Positions 13,501 through 28,400 are shown, numbered from the stretch's first letter. The stretch: DNA of 64,000 bases from Phallusia mammillata (GCA_965637545.1 OZ281501.1:1488001-1552000), one strand, 5' to 3'. Notes: generated by a model from the sequence alone, not told the origin. A program made the numbers and translations.

Positions 13501-16500
13501 AACCAACTGTGCAAGACAACTTGTTATCGCCGGTAAGTCCCCACTGGGGGTTACCCTAATTAGATATTAGTTTGTTGTGTGATTTGTTGGTTGTTGAGAG
13601 AAAAGGTTGTTTCAAGGACATAAACTTGCTTGATTAGGTTATGCGTAAAATTGTGGAAGATTCTATGCAATAAGTAAACTGTTTCATACTAAGTGAACGT
13701 TTTCGCAACTAACATAAATACACAGGCACAAACAATACATACAACTTACAGCAATAGTCAAGGATTTTAGCCTTTTAAACACGCCGATGCATAATAAGAA
13801 AGGTGGAAGCTTAAACTTCCAAAGATTTTAAACAGTTTTTTTAAACAATGCACGTCTAAAGCAGTGGTTCTCAAACTTTTTTTTGTTGCGACGCCTCTGG
13901 AAAAGTTTTCTGGACTTGTGACGCACCATCAAATAAAAGTTAATGAAGAAACTTTTTATTAAAGTTGTGTTTATTGATACAACAACAAAAAGCCACGAAA
14001 CGAATATTCTGCGACGCCCTTGGAAAATTCAACGACGCACCAGGGCGTCGCGACGCACAGTATGAGAACTACTGGTCTAAAGAATAGACTAACCAGACGC
14101 TAAACGCAGTGCTCTTATATGTAAAACTTCGTCAACAACAAAGACATTGGTTGTTTACTTTCAAAACTCGAGTTATATTTATAGTTATTTATTTCAGCAC
14201 TTTGCGTAACATGCACCTCGTAAAAGTGCCAAAATCTAACAAAAAATCATTAATAAATGGATTTCAGTAATGTTGTGGAGACAATGCAAGATGATCCGGT
14301 TCGGGATGACCTGCCATAAAATCAATAAACAAGCACCTTTAACATGCATTCTGACGTCATAATGGCTTGTGGTGCTCGTAAATCAAAGCGAGCAGCGCGT
14401 TGGGCTCGTCAATAATAAATGATCGTCATATTTTTCACACAGATATTAGTGACGTAATAAGAGCAAACTAATTAAAGGAAAACCACGCAAATATTTAATG
14501 CAGTCGCGGAAAAGTTAAAGGCGTGCGCGCGACATTTTGTGTTGTCTGTGTGTCATTTAAGATCAAAGTATGCAAAAAACATTTCGTCCTTGAACCATTG
14601 TTACGCGATAGACTCATAGGGCCATTTGTGTCCAAAATAACAAAATTCATACTTTTTTGTAAATTCATACTATGACGTAGGTGCTAACGTCACAAAGAAA
14701 GATTGGGGGCGTGGTCTGCGAGCTGACCAATGGGCGGAGTTCTGTGGAATGAAGGAAACTGCAAAAGTGATAAGGAACGTCGCGAAATGTGCAATGCCTA
14801 AAGATGAGGTTGATATGCTACATTGGGAGAAGAAGGTACAGATCACAAATTGATATTGTTGTGTTATTGTCGTAGCATGCAGAGTTGTAAACGGGGCTGA
14901 AATTGGGTCCCTAACCCGAATCGTTTTTGAGAAGCCCGCTTAGGCCCGAAAGTTTGATTGACAGACGTACACATTGAAGCCTCAGGAAAGACCAAGACAA
15001 CAAACACAATAGACAATAACAGACAAATGGTCTTGAACATGGCATTTTAGGGGTGTTTGTCATTATAAGTCAGGTCCAGCAACTGGTTACTTAGCTATAG
15101 TTACATACATTCGAAAATATACTGACACAGAGTGTAAGGTCAGGGCCGAATCAAGCCCGTTTTTTGTGAGAACCAAAGACAAAACTCGGCCCGACTTACA
15201 ACCCTGGTTTGAACCATCAAACATTTCGCTTTTTACGTCGATTTAAGCCGTTAAATTTCTCATAATGAACAGATTCGTGTATAGTGTTTGAAAAGTTGCA
15301 ATAATGTATGAAAACAAACAACATCACTGTTTCAACTGATGCACAATTTACCTCTTTTTAACTATAAAACAGTAAAACCAATGGACAATTTGTTGTTAAT
15401 CAATAAAGCATGTCAGTTCGGGCCGTTAAATTCCTCAAGACTGTTCCGTAAATAGTGTTTTAATGTTCGGAAACGTTTCTATATTCTAATTTAAAATTTA
15501 ACAAGAAAAACTGCACGAACAAGGTACATCTGTTTTATTGTTGCATGGGTAAACAATATATCAAGGATTCAAATCTCAACCCAACTAGATTTAAAGTAAG
15601 AATAATTGCTGAGTCAGCACCATAACCGCCTATGCTCTTTTGCGCCACCAACCAGAAGTTCTTAGGCCGGGGGGCAGCCCAAGCTCAGTGTTAGTAGCTC
15701 TACCGGCTCAATGCAATATGGCGCCTTCCAGTGGCCTGGAGTGCTTATTAAAACATACAAGTTCATAGATTGGCGAAAAAGACTTTACGGAATTGGAATA
15801 CACCATGAGCCCTCCGAATTTATAGCTAGTAATGTAAATTGCGACTAAAACACAATGACTTCAAGTAACCTAGTAACTGATTAAACCGCAATGACCTGAA
15901 GTAACCTTTCCAGACAAGCGCAGCAGCTGAAATATTCCAATGGCTGGAAACCAAAATCGCTCGAGCATTTAAGTTGAAGCAGAAGGATTGGACGACCGAA
16001 GCCGGTGCGATGTATCATCTGGCATCGAATGCTTACAACATGCACAGTGGGATGTTCGTGGTCAATTATCCAGACAGGTAGGTTAAAGGAAAACCGGTGC
16101 AACTATATTTATCGTGTCGTTGTTTAAAGGAAAACTTCCATACGTATATGGTTTATTTTAGTCTGTGGTTCCCAACCTGGGAGAAGTTTTTAAATTTGAG
16201 AGGAGGAATTTACTTTAATTTTTACATGTGGTTTGTAAATAGACACGTATGCTCTGGGAATACAACCTGTGAAGTTGACAAAAACGATCAATTTTAAATA
16301 ATCTTTGTATGGTTTAGCATCTACTATGTAGTCATTGGGGAGGAATGAAAATTTTTTGAATTGTTAAGTGAGAAATTCGCTCATAAAGTTTGTGCACCAC
16401 TGGTTTAAGCAAAACTGCACAAATACATTTTGCTTCGTATTTGAAAGTAAACTTCCACAGATGTATGTCAGCTATAATCAGGGATCTACAGTATTTACAA

Positions 16501-17790
16501 GATTCCTAGTATTCACATAGTGTTGAAGTTAAACCTCCGAATATAAGCGCCAGCAGCTATAAATGTGTAAAAAAGCGCATGTGTAAAACTGGGACCAGTC
16601 CCAAAGCATTCGCACCTGTAAATGACATACTGTAGGCTTGGCGCTCTGTGTTTTATCTTTTTCGTTTTGTCAAAGCATGCAATACATTAAATAGGCGAAG
16701 ATGAACAAAACAACATTATTGACTAACGGCAAAATAACTCTTCGTGATTCTCAATACATTAACACGAACAAACGGTCTTTAGCTTTATCAGGCAAAAAAC
16801 TGCTTAATGTTAACATTAGTATGAACCTTATGTAATCGGCATACGCATGTCGTCAGATAGGAATTACTCATTCATTCGAAAAACATAGAGCCTCAGTGTA
16901 GAAGCGGTTAGTATTGATTTTACCGGGCCAGCTTTTCAGCAACCGACATCGTAGGATTCTAAAACTCTAATTCTTACCTCCTAAAAAATCGATAAAACCG
17001 AAATCCAATACTAGCACCTGTTACCATGGTGACTGAATACAGTAAACGAATCAACTGTTAGTGCAATTATAAACCCAATAAAGCTTTTGTGGCAAATATA
17101 AGTATGGCAAAGGCGACCTGAATGAGACGCAGAAACGCTGGCACAAACAAAACATTTGCCAGAAGAGCGTTTTTAAGTCTACTCGCCACAGCGCTGTTCC
17201 ATTTTTTTAGCGAAGGAATGTTGCAGTCGTTTCAGACTTTATTCGCCCGCAAACGCACTTGAAACTTTCCCATACTTTACTGGAAAAAATACAAAAACTC
17301 AAATATTACTTGCAACTTCAGTGCGCCGAGCAAGACTGTTTATATTTATAAGATAGCATGCGGTTCTTACGCCTTATGTCATAAAGTTAATAACATGAGA
17401 TGTAAAAACTAATATTTCATGGAACAAAGTTTGAGAATAAAAGAGAATTAAAACATTTTACTAAACAACGCGCTATTTTCCCACAGAACCGCCGAAGCCC
17501 GTCGCAAAGAATGTGAACAAAAAGCAACCTATGACATCACAACCCACGACAATGACGTCACAAACGACGAACGCATCGTCGTCACCGTCACGCTTCCAGA
17601 ACGTCATCCACCCGCCGTCGCACCGAGTCCTTCGAAACAGCGTCAAAGCAGCGCTTCAGCAGGGGAAGTACCACTTGTGAGACTCACTCAGGCCTCGCCT
17701 GTGACGAAACGAAAACCGCGACGACCGCCGAGAGATCACACCAAGCTTATTGTGCCGAAACCCGTTTACAAGAAGAAAAAGCAGGTCTAG
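7570..17790 (+). CDS. ANKRD33B: ANKRD33/ANKRD33B-like ankyrin repeat protein, ~365 aa; exons 7570-7688, 10870-10951, 12836-12965, 13389-13532, 14681-14835, 15914-16077, 17487-17790
   Basis: All junctions are GT-AG and phase-consistent. Acidic N-terminus MDDDYDSDDTEFSD, then ankyrin repeats DKNGQ-SGLSLACSTG, VNFPDNEGNTPLMMASQAG, QNCSGFTALMKAALHGRTNCARQLVIAGANVTKKDWGRG-DQWAEFCG. These match my recollection of the ANKRD33B motifs (GFTALMKAAMQGRTDC; EWATYTGR). Confidence 0.85.
7948..7963 (+). other. Second exact orphan copy of the Ciona-type SL 16-mer, in ANKRD33-like intron 1
   Basis: attctatttgaataag at 7948-7963, preceded by caaatag and followed by agcgac (no GT). Confidence 0.85.
9134..9329. 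mobile_element. hAT-Charlie-type MITE, family A
   Basis: TIRs cagtagttctcaaact / agtttgagaaccactg. Perfect 8-bp TSD gtctagag (9126-9133, 9330-9337), matching the Charlie NTCTAGAN target preference. Confidence 0.9.
13862..14074. mobile_element. hAT-Charlie-type MITE, family A (opposite orientation to 9134-9329)
   Basis: Same TIRs and internal sequence. Perfect TSD gtctaaag (13854-13861, 14075-14082). Confidence 0.9.
14880..15206. mobile_element. Non-autonomous DNA element, family B
   Basis: TIR-like ends cagagttgtaaacggg / cccgacttacaaccctg. Homologous copies at 54617-54935 and 56782-57970. No TSD recognisable. Confidence 0.75.
16163..16402. mobile_element. Degenerate hAT-type MITE related to 26436-26752
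   Basis: Ends ctgtggttcccaacc / gtttgtgcaccactg and shared internal gaggaat motifs. TSD eroded. Confidence 0.55.
17020..17033. promoter_or_regulatory. RFX X-box consensus in ANKRD33-like intron 6
   Basis: gttaccatggtgac; the reverse complement GTCACC-AT-GGTAAC fits GTNRCC-N-RGYAAC exactly. Confidence 0.4.
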
Positions 17791-18454
17791 AGCGCCAACA
17801 TGTGGACATTGTGGTTATCTATGTTTGCCGCTAGGGGGCGGTACAAGTATGACGAAGTGTATGAGTTGGAGGCGTGTTTCCTTACGTTGTGCTGGAACCT
17901 ACTATTTATTGCTGAAATGACTGAAAATACAGCGTGTTTATAACACACAGTGTCTCATGTAGCCAAAGTTGTGTGAAAATTTTATCATATTCATTAAGGT
18001 ATAGCGATTGGGCGAACGACAATGACCGGGTAGTTCGTTCGTTCGTTTGAGCGCAAGAGATAAAAAGTTAGAAAAAAAAACATTTGTTCAAAGTTAGTTT
18101 TCAATTGTGTTTCACTACCATAGAAAATAACTTAACTAAAATAAATAACAAAATCTGATAAAAGTCAACAACAATAAAGCAAAAACAAAATCCAAGCAAA
18201 GAGCTTTTTAAAACACACCTGTAAGAAGTTTCATAAAAAAAATATATTTACGACAAAAACCGACTCCAATCTATAATTAAAATAATCAGACGAAGAAATG
18301 CAATCCTGTGATTAGGAAAGAACTAAAACTCAAGAAAATAAAGTTACAAAGCCTCAGACACAATATGGCATGTAAGACTTTTCCAAACTGAAACAAAAAG
18401 AATAATTTTTACAAATTGTGAAAAATTAATAATACTTCAATATTTTTCCTGCAA

Positions 18455-18680
18455 AACCGACCAACAATGTGTTTAATTAAAGCAGCGAAAAAGGTAATCT
18501 TTTCTCTAAAAACGACAAACTAAGAAATTTTAACACATCCAGTTCAGAATTATTTAAAACACATTTCAGCTTAACCAACCAACAATGTTCTTAATTAAAG
18601 CAGCGAATAAGTTAAAAATAAATGTTTTCTCCAGAAACGACAAAAATAAAATCTAACACATTCAGTTCAAAACTTATTGA
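18455..18680. repeat. Diverged ~115-bp tandem duplication
   Basis: accgaccaacaatgtgtttaattaaagcagcgaa...aacacatccagttcag is repeated as accaaccaacaatgttcttaattaaagcagcgaa...aacacattcagttca. Confidence 0.7.
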
Positions 18681-19460
18681 AATAGAAAAAAAATGTAATT
18701 CATAAAAGTGTGTCATTTTCCAAATTTTTTATAAAACGAACAACAATATTCGCTGCCGTAATACGTCCACGAAGAGTCGCTCTTCCATCAACAAATCATT
18801 ACGCTAGGCGAAGGGACAGTCCCGAGTAAACGCCATTCATAAATTTACACAATAACATCATAATCCTTGTAATAGAACTCCAAGGAGAAATCAAAAACAA
18901 ATCCGTCTTTCTAACTTCGGACGACAGATTCAACATAAAACCGCTGCATCACCGCACGGTTTTGGCAGACACGAGCCAAAAATAACCCTTTGTTCATGAA
19001 CGAGTCAATTAATTTCTTTGCCGAAGAATAAAAAGGAATTCCGAAAGCGTCCGAAGTTTTCCGAGCGTGCGTAACGTTTCGGAAACTAAAAAGGCGTTGG
19101 TTGAAACGTCGCTTTTGTTGGAGGTTGTAAATTATCGCCCGTTGTTTTGTTACGTCATTAGCGTTCTTTTTTAGCAAAACAAGTTTATTAATAGACTGGT
19201 TCTATTTTTAGGTGTTTATAAGTAAAGATATTTATATATATATTGGTGGTATAATACAGGCATATGGCAAAGTAAATAAATCACAAATTATGCATGGTTT
19301 GCACCAATATATGATATACAATTTCCTTTCGGGGATACTGCAATGGTCTCCTGCACAAAGCGTGCTCGCCAATCCGCTTAGCGTGCACAGTAGATCAAAA
19401 CAAAAACACACAACATTCATAAATTAATTTTATTGAAAAACCAACAAACAAATTTCAACA

Positions 19461-22400
19461 TCATAAATAAGTGTGCATATGATTGGGTCTCATGTCAACG
19501 TAATCGCTAGGTGGCAGGCTTGATGACGCCAACGCTTCGTCACTGGCGCTGACCTCAGAACATGACGTCACAAGTATATTGGGTACGTCATCTTTGGCTT
19601 TCCATTGCTCATGTTCATTTGAACACGTGGCGGTCGATGATTGGACGGGCTTGTTGTCAAGACAACGCTCAGTCGAGCAGCTGCGTCTAATAAAGAAAAA
19701 ATGAAATTGTGGTTGCGTGACGTCATACGTATATTGACGTCATCGTTTTTTATACACACAGCCTGAAAGTGTTAATTCTAAAGAATATCAAAATCTTTCA
19801 ATGTGAAGTCATTAACCAGAAACAATGACGTTTATAGTTAAATGTGACGTCACAAACTCATTGATGTCGTCCTTTGTGACATATAACAAGAAGCAAAATT
19901 TTAATTTTCTATTTTACCTATACGCGAAATTCTTTGTGACGTCATCAATATTTATTGCCTCATTTTTTCAACATGACGTCATTAACCAGAAACAATGACG
20001 TTTATATTTAAATGTGACGTCACCGACCTTGCGCCGATCCAGGCTATGTGAAGAAGTTCGCAGAGACTGAGAAGAATCGAGAAAGCCGACACAGCGTACA
20101 TGTAACGGAAGAAAACTGTCTTCTCGCCTGGACGACTCACAAAACAATCAACTGTGTGGGGGCACGGCCACTCGCTACAACGAAATACCTCGGGCACTGT
20201 CCATCTGTCGAATAAAAATGTGTTGCATGGCGTATAAGTTGTATTTTTTGGCAAGAAAATGTCGCTATGACAATATTAAGCACCGTTGATATGTATTTTC
20301 GCAAAATTATTGAGCCTGCATTTATTTAATGTCTTTTAAAACAATCCAAAAAGTCTTCACTTATTATTTCAACTTCAAATTAAACTTTCGGCAATAACAT
20401 TAAGAGATAAGTTCAACAAATATATTTTTCGTTTGCGCAAAAGAATCGGTTTCGACCGAATGAATTGTTTTGATTCGGTTCCAAACCTGATCTTTGTCAA
20501 AATTCGCTGACGCAAGCGAATAAATTTGTCGATTCAAAGCTTCACAATATCACTAGTAACAACCGAAAGGTAACTGGGAAAAACTTTCTAAAATGTTCAC
20601 TTCTGAATACCGTATTTATCGGCATTGAAAGGAAAATATAACAGGATTTGCGAGCACTAGTTAAGCAACGCACCAAGGGTAAAACTAGTTGCAAAGTCTG
20701 CATTTGCGTTCAATGGAATGTTAATTAAACGCGCACGTTAAATAGACGTAACACGTGGGTGTACAAGTTGTATCAAGAAAAGAGTTGTTAAAGTAAACTT
20801 TGGTCCTCCTAAATTATCCTTACCCGAAAGCACGCCCACGCAAAAGTTGGATATGGCCGTAGGTTTTGCAACCTGTTGTTTTGTCAAACACGCAAGTTTC
20901 AAAATAGTCCACATATGGTATAAATAATAGAAAGTTGTTGTTTAAAATGCGGTCCAACAATTCTCCTAATAAATTTTAAAAACAAACAAACAAAAACAGT
21001 TGAGGACTTAATTCAAACTAATCATGACGAAATACCTGTACAGATATGATGTGTACTGGAGCATGACGAAAACGCACTCAACCACGACGCGCACGAATAT
21101 CTGGACGAGGTAGAAACGCCAAATGACCCTGGCACGTGACCTGCGGAGGTCAGGCGGGATCACGTGATTGGTGAGAACCTTCCAGCGCGCATGCGCATCA
21201 CGTGACACGTTGCCTAGAGACAAAAGTTGGGAAGTGAATTTTTGAAGATATTTTTGTGTGAAACACAGTTATGCAGTGGTTTATGAGAAGTAATCCTGAT
21301 TTAAGAGTCAAAGGTTCGAATCCCACCATCGGCGACAAAAGACAACATTAAATATGGCATTTTTTGAACCATTGCCTATTTAGGTCCCAGTCCCACGCAG
21401 CCCCATCGAGATTTGAAATGACTTTTATGACTCATCAACAAATTCTATTTCAAAATGTTCATCTCCCGAAACTGCCGAGTCACAGAAAAAGTCCCCAAAA
21501 CGAAAACACGCCAGATGTCACTTAAACGAGGGAAATTAAAAGTTCCAGCCTCATTTAAAGTTCCGCATACCAAATCGAAAAGTCAAAACAAACACCAGGT
21601 TGTTACGTAAGTTGTAGTATCATATATCTTTGTAGTACCACAAGTCTCTGTGGTATCAGATATCTTTGGTATAGTAGTTTTGCAAACGGAGACAAGAAAC
21701 ATTTTAGATCGGTCGTAATGCTACCCACGTAAACTCTTTGATGGGAAAATGTTTGACGCAGTAACAGATGTTCACAGGTATTAAGTAAAATAATGACTTC
21801 ACCATATACCATCAATTCTTAACCTTTTTTCTCTTTTTGACCGATAAAGTTTGATTAACCCTCTAAAATCCCATTTTTTGCGAAACATTTGCCTGCAAAT
21901 TTAGCCCCAGTGAAAAAATCTGCTACACCCTGTTGCTGCTTTACACAAAATATCATATTTAATGGTATAAAAGACACTGCATAGCTGCAAGGCATATATA
22001 CATACATTAAAATGAGTCCTTATCTTTCTTCTGGTATATAATACAATAATAAACACAGTCATTGCAACAGCTCTACATTTGCAAATGAACGGCGAAATAA
22101 ATAGGATTCTAATATATATAGTGGCTTGAACAAAAACATGATGTAACTGCGCTGCAACCTGGGGTGAATGCGATTGTCTTTACAAAGGGTATTGTTAAGT
22201 GATTGTGTCGTCATATACAACAGTGGTGTGATGTTCAGAGCAAAGTGGCGTGATTCACTTACGAGAGGAAAAATCCATGATGTCAGTTATGATGTAACAA
22301 GTGAAAACAATCGCCTCAATGAGACAATAGTGGAAAGGAAAATTTTGGCTGATGCAACTCTAGTAGCCAGCAATGCAATGACAGTAGACCATATCAATGG

Positions 22401-25400
22401 CGTGAGGCCACTTAGCGTGGTCCGACAGTGAAACGAGGTAACCTCACTAAATCAATGGAGCGAAACAGGCAATGATTTTTATTCGCACCTAAACCGGCGT
22501 GTTTTTCTGAACACGAAACAAGGAAAGGAGGTTTTTTACAGGACAAAAAAACGACGCCAGTTGCTTCTCCAAAATAAAGTTTTCCATTTAGCGTCATAAA
22601 GCGCCCAAAAAAATCCCCTCACCCATAGCAATGAGCCCACAGACAACAAAGGAACCAAACAAACACCGAGCCGAGTTCTTGGAACTACCAACTCATGTGT
22701 AACCGTTCTAACGCCCCAAGGGACTTCCCACAGTGAGGTAAAGGCGGCACAAGCCCACGTGGGGCGCCTAACCCAGCGATGGTGGCTCGTTGTTCATGCT
22801 AGGAATGTAAGGGAGGAATTTCTATAAATTGAAACGCTTTTGTCTACCGGTTTCTGGGGTTACTATATCGAGATATTTGTGCATGTTTTAGTTGCTGAAT
22901 AAAAGTGCTAAACTTAAATACGTGATGCATTTAAAAACAAACATGTTTTTGATACGAATAAGTGAACGAAACTAGTAAGTAAACCGGTCAAAATTGGAGA
23001 ATTGTGCATTTGAAAACAAACCACAGTATGACTCAAAAACATCAAAGTACTAAGTTAACGGTCGTTTTCACCAACATCGCAACTATTTGTCGACAACTAG
23101 CTGAAAAGTATCGAGTAACATTGCTTCGTTTGCATATGGAAACTTCGAAAAATGTTTTTTTAACTGATTTCGATTTCAGTTTCCAATTAAACAAATAAAT
23201 GTGATGCACACAAACCAGATAGACCGTGGTACTGCATAACTTCGGCAATACGCTGACAACCGATCAGGCGATACATTTTTTCACATTCGATACTTGCCGA
23301 AAAAACAAGTTTTCACTCCTTTATGTGACCCCTGACCCGTGACGAAAGTGATAGGTTCGAAGCAGTCTAATACCCGAGGGAAAAATGCCCCCACCCCCAA
23401 AAGTCTGCAGTTTTTCGGCCATTTGTCGACCAACAACAAAACATTAACTTAAACGTGTAAAAAAAACCAAAAATTTAATTGGTATTTATTTCTGGTGTAC
23501 TTTTATATCAAATAATATAAAAATAACATTTGTAAAGATTTTTGTTGTACAAAAGTATTTCGTTTGATGTTTGATTCGGAATGCAGCCAAGTAGTAAGTA
23601 GGCTATTCTAGAACAATCATTTCGAATCCAGAATAAATCCTATCATTTTTGCCAAAATACATGCAAAAATACTAACAATAGTCCACTTAAAAACAAGAAC
23701 CCATTTATTCTAATAAAAGATGTCTGCAATTAAGAGCTTGAGATACGAAATCAGTGAATGAACTCAGCCGGCTTGGAAACTACTATTTTGACGCCCTGAC
23801 GTAACCGACGCTTTTCGACTGAAATTGAGATGCGCGATCGCAGAAGCTTCTAGAATTTTCGCTAACGCAGCAAAAATGTGGCGCGACTTTTTGGCGAACA
23901 GCGTCATATTACCTTTGCATTTAAACGTAATAAAAATAGCTGGATAAATACTGATACATTACTGAATGGAGTATATTCTCTTTAATTGAAATGCAATTGC
24001 AAAAATGTTTTGCAATCAGTGTCGGTTAAATAAAACCGGTTTTTATTACCCGATAAAAACCAGATGTAATAATATCTATATATCTATGTATTAGGTTAGA
24101 TCAGGTATTTTAAGAGGTTCGGGTTTTTATGTAAATAAAATGGGTTTGATTCGGGCCTGGCTTTGCGCTCGCAATTTTACCTAATTTTACAGTAAATCAA
24201 TTCGAGATTTAATTTGAAAAAAAAAAAGTTTTTTTTTTCAATTAGGTCATGATTTCACAATTGTTTACAACGTTGAAAAACAGAGTAAATTTTATGTTTC
24301 AACTTTTATCTTTCAATGTTCTTGACAACGTGTATGTTTATTAGGTTTGCTTAATAAAACAAAAACTATATAAACCGGCGGCAACAGTCCCCCAAAAACA
24401 ATGGAATTGGGAATATAAAACATCCGACCTACTTTCATTGCTGGGCACGTTCCTTGCGGGGGAGTCCCTTGTTGCTGCGTTCACGGTCCAGTGATTCACG
24501 TTTTCGGGTTAGGTTTCGTTGTGGGAAACGGTTAAAGCGAAAATTTGCCGGTTTTTAGTAGCGTTGGGGGCCATTGGGGCTAAACAAGCGGGGTTAGATT
24601 GGGTAAGAATTGGACCCTACCCCCAATATTTGTGGGAAGTCAAACCATTTCACCGCCGAAACACGAATACAACGACCAAATTTGTTGTTTAAACCGGTTC
24701 GGGTGGTCTGTACACGGATATGTATTACATTTGTTGTTTGTGTTTTAGACCGGGTTGTTGTAGCAAAAGCCGAGTAACTGAGAGACGACACGTCGGGCGT
24801 GAAACAATGCAGAATACCTCAGAATTTAAAACTCCGTGCAAAATATCCAAAATGGCAGCTTTTGAGGCAAGAATGTTACACTCTTTTGGCATGTTTTTGT
24901 CTGCAGTGCGATCTTTAAAACACATATTATTGCAACGACAATGTCACCAACCCCATGGCCCAACATAAGACTACAAAATCATCAATACAAGATATAATTT
25001 ACTTAAGGAACATTAGGTGTTAATACGTGGCGTGCCAAAAAATTTATGAAATAATAAACTGTCGCTGTATTAACGCAGTATGAGCCAGTCTGATCATTAT
25101 ACAACGAATAGACAAAACGCATTGGCTTCTTTAAGCAAACTTGAACGCCTATAAAAATACATAACATACAAAAATAGTTGGTAGCTTGACCACTCAGGCC
25201 GGAAAAGTAAGGAGAAAAGACGTATTTCTTAAAACATCAGGTCACTGCGCAATGTGAGCTTCAGGATTATGTGGCAGCAGGGAAATTAAATTAACGTCGC
25301 CACTGGGGGTACGAAAAAAAATCTGCTCTCTATCAGAGGTGTACACGAGCCGGAGTACCGGAGTGTCCGGAGCCGGATTTTGCCAAAATTAGCCGGAGTC

Positions 25401-28400
25401 TAACCGGAGCCGGAGTTTATGTTTTGTCCGGCCTGCCGGAGCAGGAGCCGGATCCGGAGTTCATTTTGCGTTTATTATTGCTTCGTTGAAACAACAATTG
25501 TCTGTTATACCGGAGTATTATCAGGAGTCGGAGTCTGATTTTGCGCTATTTATCAGGAGCCGGAGTGGAGTCGGAGTCATTTTTGTCGGACCCGGAGTGG
25601 AGTCGGAGTCTAAAAAATCAGACTCTGTACACCTCTGCTCTCTATACAACATGCTAAGCCCAAATTAAACGCGATCTCAACGCTTTATATTTGTAAGCCT
25701 TTGAACTTGCAAGTTCGGTAATATGAGGTTATTATTAGCGGCACGGTGTATTGCAACAAGAATAATAAGGATTTGATTCGCGAAGAGTTTAAATTATATG
25801 GTTGCGATTTTAGGAACGAAATCTAAATTTTGCATTGTTCTGCCCTGGGGGGTAAATTTTGCATAATATTTTGCGCATACAAGATATAAGCAGTTTCATT
25901 TGTGAAGTATTTTGGAACAAACCACAATCAGATTCACCTAATTTTAATTTTTTAAATAAGGAAACCTTTTGCCCTACCGCTCACAGCATCGGTTTATGAC
26001 GAAAATTTCGCTCAGCAAATTCTACAAAACGCCTAAAGGCGACCCATGTTACGAAGTAAAGCTTCATAAACATTGAAGTTATTTCAGGTTTTTGAGGCAT
26101 TAAATGTTCGATGTTTGTGTTGTGTGTGCAGTGGTAGGATTCAATTTTTTTTATTAGCCGGTTCTATCCATAAGTCATATTTTTTAGCAGGTTCTGTTAC
26201 AAAAAAGTACATTGACAGTAACCAGTAATGCTAACCGGTTCGCTGACCTCATAAAATTTCGTGAGACGGTTCTATAGAACCGGTGCGAACCGGCTGAATC
26301 CCACCACTGTGTGTGGGCAACTATTTGACTAATTTGAATTGAAATGGTTGTGGTATTTGTCTCATGAAATCATCAACTTGCTCACCGCATAAATTCAAGT
26401 AGAAGCGTTGTCGTTGTTGCATAAAAACTTTAGCTCAGTGGTTCCCAACCTTTTTGTTACATTCCTCCCTTTGCCCATTTTCGAACTATTCATTCCTTCC
26501 CATAAGACGAAAAACAAATATAACATAAAAAATTATGTCAATTTGAAATAGACAATTATAATTAGGGATGTCCATTTCAGAATCCTTTACAACCAGTTCC
26601 AAATGTGAACCGGTCCATCTCATAATGGACATAATAATGAAGATACAAAAATATTCCAATGTAATTTTTTTTTACAGTTTTTATGAAATTCCTCCTCTGA
26701 ACTCATAAAATACCTCCCTAGGGAGGAATTCCTCCCCGGTTGGGAACCACTGCTTTAGCTATTTGTGATTCCTGAATAAAATCAGTTTTGTGCAACGGTG
26801 GGCGTCGCCCCAAAGAGATATAAGTAAATACGGCATCTATACTTGCACACATATATACACGGTATTCACAAATCAAACAACCAATTGTTTTGCCTGCTGG
26901 CTGTTTACCATATTTCTCCGGTCAAGCTGCAATTAATACCAATGCAAATTTGCACTGCAAGTATTTTAAGCTACTGCCCCTAAAAATACACACCTTTTTT
27001 AGCAGAAGCCAAAGCATTAGTAGGAGAAATGCACTTTCCTGCAGATGGGCTACTGGCATCGCTGGCACTTTTTTTCTTGGAGACCTAAAATATAGCAACG
27101 GTTAAATTCCACTGCGAGCAAAGCTGCGTTGCGGCGTTGAAAGGCGATGCCACGGTCGGTCACGGATCACTGCACACACCTTACCACGTTCATAACGTAG
27201 ACGAAATACAGAGCCCCGGGTATGGCCACAGCGAGGATCTGCAAGCCCCAAAGGCGGACGTTCGAAACCGGCGCAAACTTGTTGAAACACACCTGCAACA
27301 ACAAAACAATGTGGTTGGGCTATTTATAGACACGTGTGCTATTTTTGTATTTTTGGTCTGTGTCTTCTAGTGTTCAAGCGTGGGTGTTGGGGCTATTTTG
27401 AAGCATGCAGGATTTTTTTATGTTTTGCTGCGAAGTTTTTGTACTGATTTGTTGTTCTGTGAACTGTGACTATTTAATAAAGAGAAAATGTGGAAAGAGG
27501 TGGCTTTGGGAGAAAAACACTTTTACGCAATAATTACGGATACAAGAATTTTACAAAAAACATATTACCAGTAAATAGGTGATTCACTACAATAGTTCAA
27601 ACACCAAACATATATGCTTACACTGATTTAAATCCGTAAATGTGTGAAGCACTGATGCGAATAAAACGTCTTTGCCACTATAACACTATTATGTTGAAAA
27701 GTTTTATTGTGTTGCTTGATATATAGAAAAACACACAAATTATCACATAAAACCCAACTGAACAAAATAAACACCTTGTTCACATCGCAGTCTTATCGTG
27801 TTGTGCCACACCCTCGCCACGCCACTCTGCGCCAAACGTCACAATACGGTACACCCCCTTGCATACTACTCACATTTTCGCAGCCCGGTTGCCTCGTGTT
27901 GCAGGTGAATTCACGTTGTTCGTCGCTCCAAACGTTTTCCCCGAACACAGTGAGCACGATCAACCTGAAAGTAACAGGAGGTTGCTACGGACGACTGTTG
28001 CCAGGCAACGGACACGTGGTTTACATGTGCACACTAAACAGCTGATACGCTCAACGTCGTGAACTGCTATTTGCAGCTGACTGATATAAAACCTGTTTGT
28101 TTTGGTTTGTCATTGGTTTCTTGATGCTGCCGTAAATTCCTGCGGGTTTTTAGTGACTTGGTGATGGCCTCCATTGTCTAACAATATGCGTTCACTGATT
28201 TGCATAGGAGCTTTGCATAGGTTCGCGAACTTGTTTCATGCAGTGAGTCGAGATTATTGGTTTGATTCACTATAAATCGGAATCGAAAACAGACAAATTG
28301 AAACCGATTTTAGTAACAAAACAAGGATATTTAAAAGTTGAAAAATACTTTAATTGGGTGTTTTCACAATTTTACATGAGTTTGCTGGTTCGTTTACAAA

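Noticed and set aside
13660-13674. Possible third, degenerate SL copy (attctatgcaataag)
   Set aside because: It needs an indel plus substitutions and lacks the ATAG prefix, so it is compatible with chance in AT-rich DNA.
27320-27329. MEF2 consensus CTATTTATAG in connexin intron 2
   Set aside because: A single AT-rich decamer overlapping the branch-point region, with no supporting cluster.
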